Assembly: GCA_951406725.2 (NCBI GenBank)
Contig: OX597822.1
Location: 43,420,001 to 43,668,000 of the forward strand
Direction: 5' to 3'
From: Octopus vulgaris
Lineage: Eukaryota
Length of the DNA: 248,000 nt
Shown here: piece after piece, positions 142,901-156,363 of the stretch
Layout of the letters: the number at the start of each line of letters is the position of its first letter
How positions within the stretch are numbered: position 1 is the first letter of the stretch
Position numbers and translations under genes: made by a program
Notes under the pieces: generated by a model
The model's input: the letters and a program-made list of their open reading frames with translations, nothing else
Databases searched by the model: none
What the model was told of the DNA's origin: nothing

Positions 142901-143419
142901 AACTTCCAGAAATCCCTGGCTTGGCAGTGCTATCGAGACGCACTACCTCTTCAAGAGAAGAGCTACAGGCACGGTTCGAAAACCATCACAGGACCGACCT
143001 GCCCGAGATGCGGTCAGAGCGACGAAACCGTTCTGCACGCACTCGTGCAGTGTCCAGATATTTCGGAGCTGTGGACCTTCGTCGAACAGCTGTTGTCACG
143101 TGTAGGTCGGGCCCGCCTATCGGCCGAGTCTGTCTTGAGTATTGTTCCACCATCTTCCTTTAAACGGGAAGGGAAAACGGTTTTCGTTACGCTGATGGCT
143201 ATGGCGAAAGAATGTGTGTGGTGGACGCGTTTGAAAGGACTGCAAACAAACACCTTCCTCTCTGGTCAGTCTCTCGTCAACTTTTTCAAGTACCACTTGA
143301 AAAGGAGGATGAGAATAGAGAGGAAGGCTTTGTCGAACGAATGTTCTAATAAAAAGTGGGTAAAAGTGGCAAAAATGGTCAGTATGAAAGACGACACTAT
143401 TATAAGCATAAATCTGTAA
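139976..143419 (+). pseudogene. Tx1 ORF2 (APE + RT + zf-RVT), several frameshifts
   Basis: GCVNVRGL, AISETR, VGDWNA, SYLDR, DHK, KSPGLDG, VRQGCPLS, AYADD, CPRCGQSDETVLH. Confidence 0.93.
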
Positions 143420-143535
143420 CCAAAAGAGACAACGAGAAGTAAGGCGACTTACTCATGTGTTGGTTTTCGAACTGTCTGAGGCGACCTTGGTCTTTTTTGT
143501 AGGGTTTTCTTTCCAAGGCTACACCTAAACTGTGA

Positions 143536-143578
<43 letters not shown>

Positions 143579-143725
143579 CCTTTTTATACACCACACAACC
143601 CACAGATCCCTATTGATCAAACGTTTTTTTTTGTGCCCCACCCTTCCCACCTCGAAAAGAAAAAATTCTACATTGTATTTCGTCCATTTTTATTGTGTTT
143701 AGCCCTGTGTGGCTACAATAAAAAG

Positions 143726-143812
<87 letters not shown>

Positions 143813-143854
143813 GTGTGTGTGTGTGTGCGATTATATATATATAAATAAATATAA

Positions 143855-143956
<102 letters not shown>

Positions 143957-145295
143957 CACTGTGTGCTAAGAAGTTTGCTTTACAACCATATGGTTCTTGT
144001 TTCAGTCCCATTTCGTGGCATCTTCGGCGACGTGCCTACCAAAGCCTTGTCACTGTTTATGTGGAAATTATGCGTGCTTGTTGGTATTTTTCGGGTTTTC
144101 AGATCAATGCCTCGGATCTCATCAAGCGTCCAATCAAGCAACCCAAATGTTGGTATGTGTTTTGTTTTATTGGATGCAGAGACTTCTGAAGTCCAAATTT
144201 TCTTTATTCAGCTGTAATATTCTTTAGTGACATGTATTTTGTTACAGGTGCCATATGTATGATATATCTTCATCTACCCCTAGGCACTTGTAACATTCCT
144301 TGTAAAAGATAAAAAATCCATATATATATACATATATAAAAGACAGGATGTGTGTGTGTGTACGTGAATGTAATTTATGCACGTCCACAAATTAGTACGC
144401 ATGTCGCTCCAATTTTAGGAGGACATTCGTCATGAACCTTGATGTATTTTCGTCAGCGAATAGCCGTAAAAATAAATTTTCAACATAAACTTTTAACAAT
144501 TTTGAAGTCGGAAAAATCACCATTGTTTACAAACAGGAGTTAAGTCCCCTTGTAGCGACGAGTAAGTTTGTCTACCAAGTCCACTCACAAGGCGTTGGTC
144601 GGCCCGAGGCTATAGTAGAAGACAGTTGCCCTAGGTATCACACTGTGGGACTGAATCCAGAACCATGTGGTTGGTAAGCAAGCTACTTACCACTTTGCCA
144701 CTCCTGCGTCTGAATGTCAAAGCCTGCGAAGATAACTATTCACTCATGGATTACGTAGCAGCGGGAATGGAACATTTGAACATTCATTCTGGAATGATCA
144801 TATTTTTTAGTTGGAGTCTGAAGAGACGTATTTAGAATGGATGTCCAAGAAATCGATGGTATTCTTTGGTAGTGATGTGAATCCGACTTTTAAACCCGTT
144901 TTAATAGAATTTCTTGCCCCCTTGGGTGTATTTAAGAGGGCCGTCACTCTGTTGCAAACACGTTCGTAGGATAATTAGTTCACTTTGTTTCACCGGTCTC
145001 CGAGGTTTTGAAGATGATCACAAGTGGGAAAATGTCCTTCTGATTAATTCTTTGCATAAAAAAATACAAAACAAAAAAAAAACAAAAGAAAAAACAAATA
145101 AGTCAAAAACAACAAGGAAACATCTTTGTCAACAGCATCGTCACCACCAGTTCCCACATAACTAGGGAACACAACAGCAAAAACAACATTAACAATAACT
145201 TGAAAAATATAAATGTTCTTTTATACATTTCTTTCTCGGCGTTTTTTTAAATTTAAATTAATATCTTTGGTTCTCGAAAATTCTTTGACGTCATG

Positions 145296-145336
<41 letters not shown>

Positions 145337-145741
145337 TGAATTCAAGCATATATACATATATGTGTGTGTGTGCATCAAGGTGTGAGTGTGCGTGCAGGTA
145401 TTTGTGTGTGTGTCTATGGATGTGTGCTTGTCTTCATTTTCTTTACCATAATGAGATTGGCTATTTTGTATTTTCTTGTGTGGCATCCAGCAATCGCAAT
145501 TGTAATTGATGGGGCGTTTACAACTATACATCCATCATAACACGGGTTGTTGTACGTGTTTATATACATGCATATATATACATATATATACACACATATA
145601 TATACATCCATCCATATATATATACATATATATAAATACACACACAAACACACAAACACACACACATGCACACACACATATATATATATGTCTGGTTGTG
145701 TGTGTATCTGCAGATATTTTTGCACGTGCGTTTATATGTAA

Positions 145742-145821
<80 letters not shown>

Positions 145822-145903
145822 ATATATATATATGTATGCATATATATATATAAATATATATATGTATATATATACATATATATATAATATAAATATATAT
145901 ATA

Positions 145904-145963
<60 letters not shown>

Positions 145964-146078
145964 ATATATATAACGAGAGCTAGACGTGTACATGCATACA
146001 CACATACATACATCGACGGAGCGAGTGATTACTTTTGTACAAAGGTATCTACATATGTATCTATATATGTATGCATCC

Positions 146079-146119
<41 letters not shown>

Positions 146120-146276
146120 GTGTATGCAATTGCGTAAATGTTTGTGTGCTTATGGCCATCAGTGTTTCCGTCAACGCACGCATGTGTTCATTTGCATGTA
146201 CATCAATGTGTACGGATATCCATGGATCATAGTTAAATACATATATACATATACACACATACACATGCACACAGAC

Positions 146277-146355
<79 letters not shown>

Positions 146356-146453
146356 CATACACATATATACACTAAGTTATTTCCTTGTATGTGACTACTC
146401 GTATAATCACATAAAGACTGTGATACACGCACAGACAAACACACACATACACA

Positions 146454-146535
<82 letters not shown>

Positions 146536-146539
146536 TATA

Positions 146540-146583
<44 letters not shown>

Positions 146584-147925
146584 TATAGATTCATTCACTC
146601 ACACACACATTACAAAGTGAAAAGCAATATTTTGTACGACATTCGGAAGTTTATACGTTTTTTTCTTTCTTCTTTTTCTTTAGAATGTTTAAGACAAAAT
146701 TCTCCTGCTGATTATGTATCCATGGCTAGCTGACTAAAGTAATTTTGAAATGGATGTTTCCACACCTCCGCGCACATTACATACACCTCACATATTCCAC
146801 GCATTCCACGTACATTCCGAATCCTCTATCATACCTCCACATCACACCTCACGCACACGTACACATACACATGTACACAGCTCGTGGCCGCCACACACAG
146901 GCAGCGAACTTGGCACAGTTGCTTAGAGCTGGATAAAATGTTTCGCGTCATTTAGTTCCGACTTTCTCCGCTGTGTGTTCAATCCTGCTCAGGTTCGCTC
147001 TGCCTTTCATTTCATCCTCGCGGTTTCGATAAAATCCGTTCCAAACCTCGCCGGTGTGTTAGTGGAACAGTAAGAATGTTAGGAATTTTGATTCTATTGT
147101 CTCAGCTGTATTGAAGGCGTGTGCTCCAGTGGCTAGATTATTGCACTCTCGATCCTATAGTCGTGGTTTCGATACCCGTGCCAGTCAGTGCTTTGTTTTC
147201 TTCAGCAAAACACTTATTTTCACGGTACTCCAATCCATTCATATATGAAAAAATTCTTGAAATACCTGGGAAATTAGATCCGCGATGGACTGGCGTCACG
147301 TTCAGGGGCGTTAGTGTTGTAATCTTGGACACTGGGTGCAGCTTCAGCTTTTTGGAACAGTCTAAAAGTCTAAAATTCTAAATTCTCTGATTTTATTTCA
147401 AACACTGCCGAGCTTAGTTTCCTTTTCATTTCCTCCTTTCAGCATCCGAAAGATGGCGCCGGTCCGTGGTAGGGTTAGGGTTCGTGGAAGTGGAAGTTGC
147501 GCATGGTACCTTGCGGTATATGTTCCATCTCTACCTTCATACACTGAAACTCACGATTGACTACAGGAATGGTAAGTCTAATCAGTTGCTAGCTAGCTTT
147601 AAACACCGGTAAGTGGTAACTGGGGTACATGTAGCAGGAGTCACTCTCTTGCGAACCTGTCAGGCCCAGGTCTAAGTCATGAAAATACTCCAACCACTCT
147701 CTGCATCTTCCCGATTTACTAGAAAATAAATTACGCATCGTAACCCCAACATCTACGCGGACAAACCTGCTCCCCACACAACCATATATCCTTCGTTTCT
147801 TCACAGCAGTAGCATACTCTTACTCCTGCTCCTCAGTGAGATCCACCGTTGGATCTCACTCATAACTGCAGCCCAAAATTAAGACTATATAATGGTGACA
147901 ATTTACCCATCGCACCCTTGATATG

Positions 147926-147983
<58 letters not shown>

Positions 147984-148071
147984 TATATATGTATATATAT
148001 ATATATATGTGTGTGTGTGTATGCATATATATTTATATATATATATGTATATATATATATAAATAAATATG

Positions 148072-148109
<38 letters not shown>

Positions 148110-148117
<8 letters not shown>

Positions 148118-148740
148118 AAGTAAATAAATGGTACAACGAAGTACCAATATTTACTGGAAAATAGCGATCGTAATAAATACGACGCTATTGTATATCTTCA
148201 CTGCGTATATACTAGCAAAGACGTGTGTGTTCAACAAACATGAAAAAAATTTGTCTCACCTCTAGGAAGAACATCTGAAAAACCTAGAAACGGATAATAC
148301 AGGACCGGTTTCAGACTCTTCAAATACGTTTGACAACGTAGATTTGATTTGTCCACATCAGCTGCATATACCTAGACAAAATTTCAAATGTTGCCACATC
148401 TATGCTAGTACACTCGTCTGAACGCCAAAACGTTAACAGAACGAGAACAGTGAAGAAGTTTCAATGAAAATAGTAATGCAATACGAAAGTATTGCTTTCC
148501 AGTAAAATATAGCCCGTAATGGTAAAATTATACATATAAAAGTAAATAAATGGTACAACGAAGTACCGATATTTACTGGAAAATAGCGATCGTAATAAAT
148601 ACGACGCTATTGTATAGCTTCACTGCGTATACACTAACAAAGACGTGTGTGTGTAAGAAACATGAAAAAAATTTGCCTTACCTCTAGGAAGAACATCTGA
148701 AAAATGAAAAACCTAAAAACGGATAATGCAGGACCGGTTT
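148110..148740. repeat. Partial tandem duplication, ~420-bp period
   Basis: catataaaagtaaataaatggtacaacg... recurs at ~148111 and ~148532; (TA)n/(TG)n flanks. Confidence 0.8.
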
Positions 148741-148754
148741 ATAACACATTTGCT

Positions 148755-148816
<62 letters not shown>

Positions 148817-149873
148817 TGTGTGTGTGTGTGTGTGTAACATACGTTGATTTGCTGTGGTCTTTTATCAAGGCAAGTTTACACTACGGTAATTTCTGTTTCG
148901 AGAACTCTATTTCTCACCGGGCGGTGTTGAAAGAAAAAAATCCTTATGTTCAGCAGGAATTACGTTGGTTTGAATATAGCAGGTGTCTGGAACAGATAAA
149001 TGAACCGCAAATTTTTATAACGAAATTGATGAAACTGTATTGTGAAGGAAAATCATTAATTTCATCGGAGCACAAAACACACATATATACGTACATACCT
149101 AAGAACTTACACATATACACACCTACAAATGTGTTAGTGTATGTGTCTAATATATGTGAACATATACATTAAAGCACGTATACATACGCGAATAACGCCT
149201 TCATCAGTATCGCCACTTTAATAATAAATCTCTGCATTATTTTCGAATCCGTGGTTATTTTAGTAATAAAACTAATCATCGTAATTATAATAATTATAAT
149301 GGTTATGTTTATAATTATGTATCATATATTACAAATCAATATTTGGGTTATAAAATTGTATTTTTTATTCTAATGTACATAATAATATTGCATTTGTATT
149401 CTTTATGCAATCCCCAAAATTATTGTTTTCCGCATCATGTATTAAGCCTGCTATTTACGGATGTTCCCGGCTGTCGGTTGCACTATGTGTCTGCTTCGGT
149501 GTCCCCGGGGCGACTGGAAGAAGCGTTCAGCGCACGCATCAGAGACGCAGACGTCATTAATGTTAGAGAACATGGGTAATAGTAATGTATGAACACACAC
149601 ATACACACACAAACACGCAAACAATTATATACGTTGTGAAGAAGTGCTCAATATTACATATATATATATATATATATATATGTATAGGCGCATCACTTAT
149701 AAAGTTATATATATATATAGCTTGCTTACCAACCACATGGTTCCGGGTTCAGTCCCACTGCGCGGCACCTTGGGCAAGTGTTTTCTACTAGAGCTTCGGG
149801 CCGACCAAAGCCTTGTGAGTGGATTTGGTAGACGGAAACTGCAAGAACCCCGTCGTATATATATATATAAATA

Positions 149874-149915
<42 letters not shown>

Positions 149916-150866
149916 TGTTTGTGTGTGTGTCTGTGTGTATATGTTTGTGTGTCTGTGTTCGTACGCCCAACATCGCTTGACAACCGATGCAGGTATATTT
150001 ACCTCCCGGTAACTCAGCGGTTCGGCAAAATAGACCGATAGAATAGTACTAGGCTTACAAAGAATAAGTCCTGGGGTCGATTTGCTCGACTGAAGTCGGT
150101 GCTCCAGCATTGCTGCAGTCAAATGACTGAAAGAAGTAAAAGAAAAACGAATATACCTGCAAAGAAATGTCCGGCACGGCCGCGGTCTGATGACCTCCAG
150201 TACGTAGTTTTTCAAAGCCTGCTACTTACTGTATCGCTCTGTTATGCCGAACCAGTAAGTTACAAGGAAGTAAACGCATCAACACCAGTTGTCAAGCATC
150301 CGCACACATACACCCACATACACCCACATACACACACATACACACATACACAGACACAGACACAGACACAAATATTCAGGACGGTTTTCTTTCAGTTTCT
150401 GACAATTTTGTTCGGTCCCGAGGCTATAGTAGAAAACACTTGGCCAAGGTGCAACGCAGTGGGACTGAACTCCGGACAATGTAGTTGGAAAGCAAGCTTA
150501 TTACCACACAGCCACGCGCCTAAGCTGGAGCAACGTATTTTTTGATGAATGTAGCGACTACATTGTTATTTTTTAAAGTTATTCTATCAGATGGAAAGAC
150601 AAGCACAACACCAAAAAACAACAGTCAACAGCACCATCACCACCATCACCCACATAAGTCGGAAACACCTCAACCACAATAACAATAACAACATCCCTTG
150701 TGAGTTACGGGGACGTGGACACCCCAGCGATGGAGGAGAAGAGAGAGGGCACTTGTGTTTCATGTTCGAGGGTGGTGGAGTTGATGGTGTTAACGTCGGG
150801 TAGTGGTCAAGGCGGTGGTAGTGTTGGTAGTAGTGATGATGTTGGGGGTGGTTTGTACTGGCTGCG

Positions 150867-150953
<87 letters not shown>

Positions 150954-151311
150954 TATATACAAACACAAGTATATTCATCTTTGTCTGTCTGTCTCAGTAC
151001 ACACACATAGACACACACACACACACACACACACATGTATATGTATGTATACGTATATTTATTACGTATAAATAATAAGCAGAAATGAATGTCTAGTTTG
151101 AATGAACACTACATGGGTTTCAACAGCGTGGTTGAATTCAAATATTGAGTCCATTACATAATTTATTAGGCAACATTATGTATATTTGTATTGTTATACG
151201 CCAGCTAGCTCATCGGGTGGTATATTCTACCGACTATTTTGACGAGCACATATACATACAAAAACTTAAACATATATATATATATATATATATATAGGTG
151301 TATATATATAT

Positions 151312-151376
<65 letters not shown>

Positions 151377-151892
151377 CAATGGCCTAGTGGTTAGGGCAGC
151401 GGACTTGCGGTTGGAGGATCGCGGTTTCGATTCCCAGACCGGGCGTTGTGTGTGTTTATTGAGCGAAAAACACCTAAAAGCTCCACGAGGCTCCGGCAGG
151501 AGGTGGTGATCCCTGCTGTACTCTTTCACCACTCTAAAGGCGGTGCTCCAGCATGGCCGCAGTCAAATGACTGAAACAAGTACAAAAAAAAAAAAAAAAA
151601 AAAAAAAATATATATATACATACATATACGCCTACATGTGTACATTCATACGTGTATCCATATATGCGGAATAATGTCCATAACTTTCAAAGTGATGCAA
151701 TACTGCATTAAGCAATATATATAACTTTATTCAGGCGTAGGAGTAGCTGTAGTAAGTAGCTTGCTTACCAACCAAATGTTTCCGGGTTCACTCCCACTTC
151801 GTGGCACATTGGTCAATTGCCTTCTAATATAGCCTCGGGCCGACTAAAGCATTGTGAGTGGATTTGGTAGACGGAAACTGAAAGAAGCCATC

Positions 151893-151956
<64 letters not shown>

Positions 151957-151961
<5 letters not shown>

Positions 151962-153331
151962 GTGAATGGAAGAAATGGAGTTGAACGAAGATTGTACAGA
152001 ATTCCTTTTATTACATTCTACACATGTTTCAAAGGCCACAATTTTCCAAATTCTGATTAAATAAGGATACCATATTGCAGCTTTCTCTTCAGGAAAAACC
152101 AGGAATTACGTTGTCAGAACAAAACAAAACAGAGGCGCAGCAAAGCAATTCGAACGTGGACGCTCCTTAAGAGCCCATGGTTAAACTGTTTATCAATGTA
152201 CGTTGAAATTGGGGGGTTGGTGGGGTCCGACAAAAGGTCCGTTGGAATAATTACAGGTCAGGCCGCGGTCAAATCTAGTAGGTGAGGAATTAATGAGAAC
152301 AAGGCACATATTGTTCGCCAGAGGCCGTTTGGTAAACGGGCTTTTACAGACGGCTTTTCGATGTCCCCATTGGCGGCGTCAAACTTATCTTACATATAAA
152401 TGATACCTAAGACAATTATCACCCTATTAAAATGAAAATAATTTTTGGAAATAATTTTTGAAAAAACTTTTAAAAAAATCTATGAATAACTCTTGCAAGG
152501 GGAAATTACTCCCATTAGGCGATTGGTCGGTTTTTTTTTAGAAGCAAACGCTGGAATTATATATACCCTTATGATTCTTTGACGATGTTAATTTTTAGAC
152601 AAGTAGGCCTAGACGAACACACGAACACAGAATTTTTTCAGCCGCCTGACAGGCCTTTTTCAGCAGTGCTCATTATCTAGCGCCCCTCGCCAACATACGG
152701 CCGCGCACACATAGGCTAGTATACACATACATGCTTTTAGTTAGGTTTTGTCTCGCCCCTAAAATACACCCCGTATTCTTAAAATATTCAGAACATTAGT
152801 TTTGGTCACACAGAACATCTCCACACCCCTTGTTCTCATTAATTCCTCACCTACTAGATTTGACCGCGACCTGACCTGTAATTATTCCAACGGTCCTATT
152901 GTCGGCCCCCACCAACCCCCCGATTTCAACGTACATTGATAAACAGTTTAACCATGGGCTCTTAAGGAGCGTCCTCGTTCGAATTGCTTTGCTGCACCTC
153001 TGTTTTGTTTTGTTCGGACAACGTAATTCCTGGTTTTTCCTGAAGAGAAAGCTGCAATATGGTATCCTTATTTAATCAGAATTTGGAAAATTGTGGCCTT
153101 TGAAACATGTGTAGAATGTAATAAAAGGAATTCTGTACAATCTTCGTTCAACTCCATTTCTTCCATTCACTAATTATATTAAACTTCAATTATCCGCACC
153201 AACGCACGGTTGCAACACCAAATGGTCTTATCTCCAACCGTGTTTTTTTCTGCTGTGATTTTTGCTACCCAGGTATCGGTTAAACTTTTGAATAATCTGT
153301 AACAAGAAAATTCATCTTTCCATTTCAACAA

Positions 153332-153340
<9 letters not shown>
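151957..153340. mobile_element. PLE-type fragment with ~350-bp inverted repeats
   Basis: Arms 151957-152305 / 152826-153174, each with a hammerhead; homologous to 234650-235670. Confidence 0.8.
153035..153116 (+). ncRNA. Type I hammerhead (canonical core)
   Basis: ttttc-CTGAAGA-gaaagctgca...cttt-GAAAC-atgt-GTA-gaa; mirror copy ~152015-152097 (-). Confidence 0.75.
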
Positions 153341-153373
<33 letters not shown>

Positions 153374-153459
153374 TTTATTTAAAGCAGCAGAAAATTCAAC
153401 AAAACCTATTACTCTGAGTTTCCCGTTGCCGTTCATCGGACAGTTTTTACTAGAAAAAA

Positions 153460-153497
153460 CTGTCCGATGAACGGCAACGGGAAACTCAGGGTAACAG
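153460..153497 (+). ncRNA. Minimal hammerhead, U4C variant, in a short palindrome (153373-153530)
   Basis: ctgt-CCGATGA-a-cg-gcaa-cg-g-GAAAC-tcagg-GTA-acag; related degenerate copy at 159560-159790. Confidence 0.65.
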
Positions 153498-153599
153498 GTT
153501 TTGTTGAATTTTCTGCTGCTTTAAATAAAGCATATTACTCTACCACTGGTATTTGAGTACTCTTTTTTCCACCTTGTTTCACATTTATGTGTTTACTCC

Positions 153600-153641
<42 letters not shown>

Positions 153642-154881
153642 AATGTATGTATGCATGTATGTAATGTATGTATGTATGTATGTATGCAATGTATGTATGT
153701 ATGTATGCATGTATGTATGTATGTATGTGTGTGTGTGTGTATGTTTGTGTGTCTGTGCTTGTCCCTGCAACATCGCTTGACAACCGATGGTGGTGAGTTT
153801 ACATCCCCGTAACTTAGCGGTTCGGCAAAAGAGACCGATAGAATAAGTACTAGGCTTACAAAGAATAAGTCCTGGAGTTGATTTGCTCGACTAAAGGCGA
153901 TGCTCCAGTATGGCCGCAATCAAATGACTGAAACAATAAAAGAAAAAGAAATAGCCCTGTCACAAAATTTCTTTCGTTTAGATGCACTGAATTCGATTCC
154001 CGGAGCGGGCTCTGTGTTGTATTCTTTAGCAAGACATTTTATTTCATATTGCTCCATTGCACTCGATTGTAGAAATGAATTGCAACGTCACTGGTGCCGA
154101 GTTGTATCGGCCTTTACCTTTCCCTTGTACAACATCAGTGGCGTGCAGAGGGAAGGTTGTATGGGCGACTGCTGGTCTTCCATAAACAATCTTGCCCGGA
154201 CCTGTGCTTCGGACGGGAACTTTCTAGGTGTAATCCTATTGTCATTCATAACCAAAAGGGTTCTTTATCCTTTTTACCCTTTTAAAATGCAAGAAAGAAC
154301 AAACGTGAAGTCAGCATGGCCGGATTTGAACCTAGAGTATAAATACAGATAACTAATACAGCGTGACGTTGTCTACAGCAATCCACTGTTTGCGATGTCC
154401 CCCGATATGTACGGGTAATCCACTGGTAGTGTTAAACAATTTCGATTAGTACTGATAGGGGTAGTAAAATGTAAAAGTGGCAGTAGAAGTGTCGGTAGAG
154501 GCTATAGTAACGGAATAGCTAGTAGTAGTTGTAGTGCTAGCGATAGAGTGGAAGTATGAGTGGTAGTATTAGGGTTGTAGCTGCGGTTGTGTTGGTAATG
154601 GTAAAAGTGGTAGTAGTAATAGTGGTAGCAGCGTGTGTTTTATTACTAGTATTCATAATGGTAGTTGTAGTAGTAGCTGTCATGGGGATAATTCTTTCTA
154701 TATTCAAATCATGATATGATGGCGTTCTTTCTGCTCTCGTTCTTGCTGTTGTTGTTTTTGTTGTTGTTGTTGTTGTTTTCTGTTATTGTTGCAGTTGTCC
154801 TATCAATAGCTAGCAATTAATCTTCGGAATACTTTCTGTTGAAGACATCTTCTGATACTGCTTGTGTATACGCATGAGTCA

Positions 154882-154914
<33 letters not shown>

Positions 154915-154958
154915 CGCATATATATATATGTATGTATATATTTGTATATATGCATATA

Positions 154959-155003
<45 letters not shown>

Positions 155004-156286
155004 TGTGTATGTGTGTGTGTTGTGCGTGTTTATGGATATGTGGGTATCATCTCTCTCTTACTTGTTTCAGTCATTGGACAGCGGCCATGCTGGAGCACCG
155101 CAGTCGAGTTGAAGACATCTATCACTGCACTTCTTTTCTTCTTTTATTGTTTAGTTATGTTTAGCCTGGTAATTATTCTATTGAAATCATTTTGACAGAA
155201 GTTCTAAGTTATGAGGACGTGAACACACCAACACCGGCTGTCAAGTTGTCAAGTGGTGGTGGTAGTGAATAACTACAAAGACATGCGCGAATATCCATCT
155301 ATCTATCTATCTATCATCTATCTATCTATCTATATACAGACGACAAATTCTTTCAGTTCCTCTCTACCAAATCTTTGGTTGGCCAGGACCTTTAATAGAA
155401 AACAATTCCCCAGGGTGTTTTTCAGTGGGATTGAACCTGCAACCAGATGGAAAGGAAGCATGCTTCTTACCACAGAGCCATGAGTGCAGCGTTTATTTCT
155501 AATTTGATATTATTGTATCATTTCTTTTGCCAATCTCTCAAGCTAAAAAGACGTAAACAAACTAACACCGGTCGTCATGTAGTGAAGGTCGACAAACACA
155601 ACACACACAAACTCATATATATGATGGGCAACTGAAACATTCATGGTTTTAAGGGTATTGCAAAAAGCCTGGTTACAGGCCCAAACTTGCAACTTCTTTT
155701 TACAGGGCCTAGAAAAACTGAAGGTCCACTGCAATAAATGTGTAATTCACAGAGGGGTATATATTAAATCTTTTCTACTATAGGAACAAAACTGAAATTC
155801 GGGGGAGGGTTAAGTCGATTATATCGACCCCAGTACTCAAATGGTACTGAATTTATCGACCCTGAAAGAATGAAAGGTAAAGCCGACCTTGGCGGAATTT
155901 GAACTCAGAATATAGCGACAGTTGAAATGACACCAAGAATCTCGCCAGGTGTGTTAACGACTCTGCTAACTCACCGCTTGGAGTGAGGGGTGGGGAATAT
156001 GTTGAAAAACAAAATCATTGGGGGCTGATTCGCTGGTGCAAAGGTAACACTTAGTCGCGTTAACGAATGAATGTGAGTTCGACTCCCACGCGGATAGGAA
156101 AGCCTTATTTTTAAATAGGCACAGGAGTGGCTGTGTGGTTAGTAGCTTGCTTGCCCGCCACATGGTTCTGGGTTCAGTCCCACTGCGTGGCACCTTGGGA
156201 GAGTGTCTTCTACTATAGCCTCGGGCCGACCAAAGCCTTGTGAGTGGATTTGGTAGACGGAAATTAACAGAAGCCCGTCGTGTATG

Positions 156287-156363
<77 letters not shown>

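Larger units (their letters stand above)
137821..143726 (+). mobile_element. Full-length Tx1-clade LINE (~5.9 kb) between (ATCT)n arrays
   Basis: 5' UTR, ORF1 with CCHC knuckle, ORF2 EN-RT-zinc finger, pyrimidine-rich 3' UTR; (ATCT)n abuts both ends. Confidence 0.92.
151735..153945 (+). mobile_element. CORE-like SINE split by two PLE-type insertions
   Basis: Head 151735-151895, tail 153740-153945; inserts lie in the internal (TA)n. Confidence 0.8.

Noticed and set aside
147440-147485. Telomeric repeat (tagggttagggtt)
   Set aside because: Only two units; not an interstitial telomeric array.
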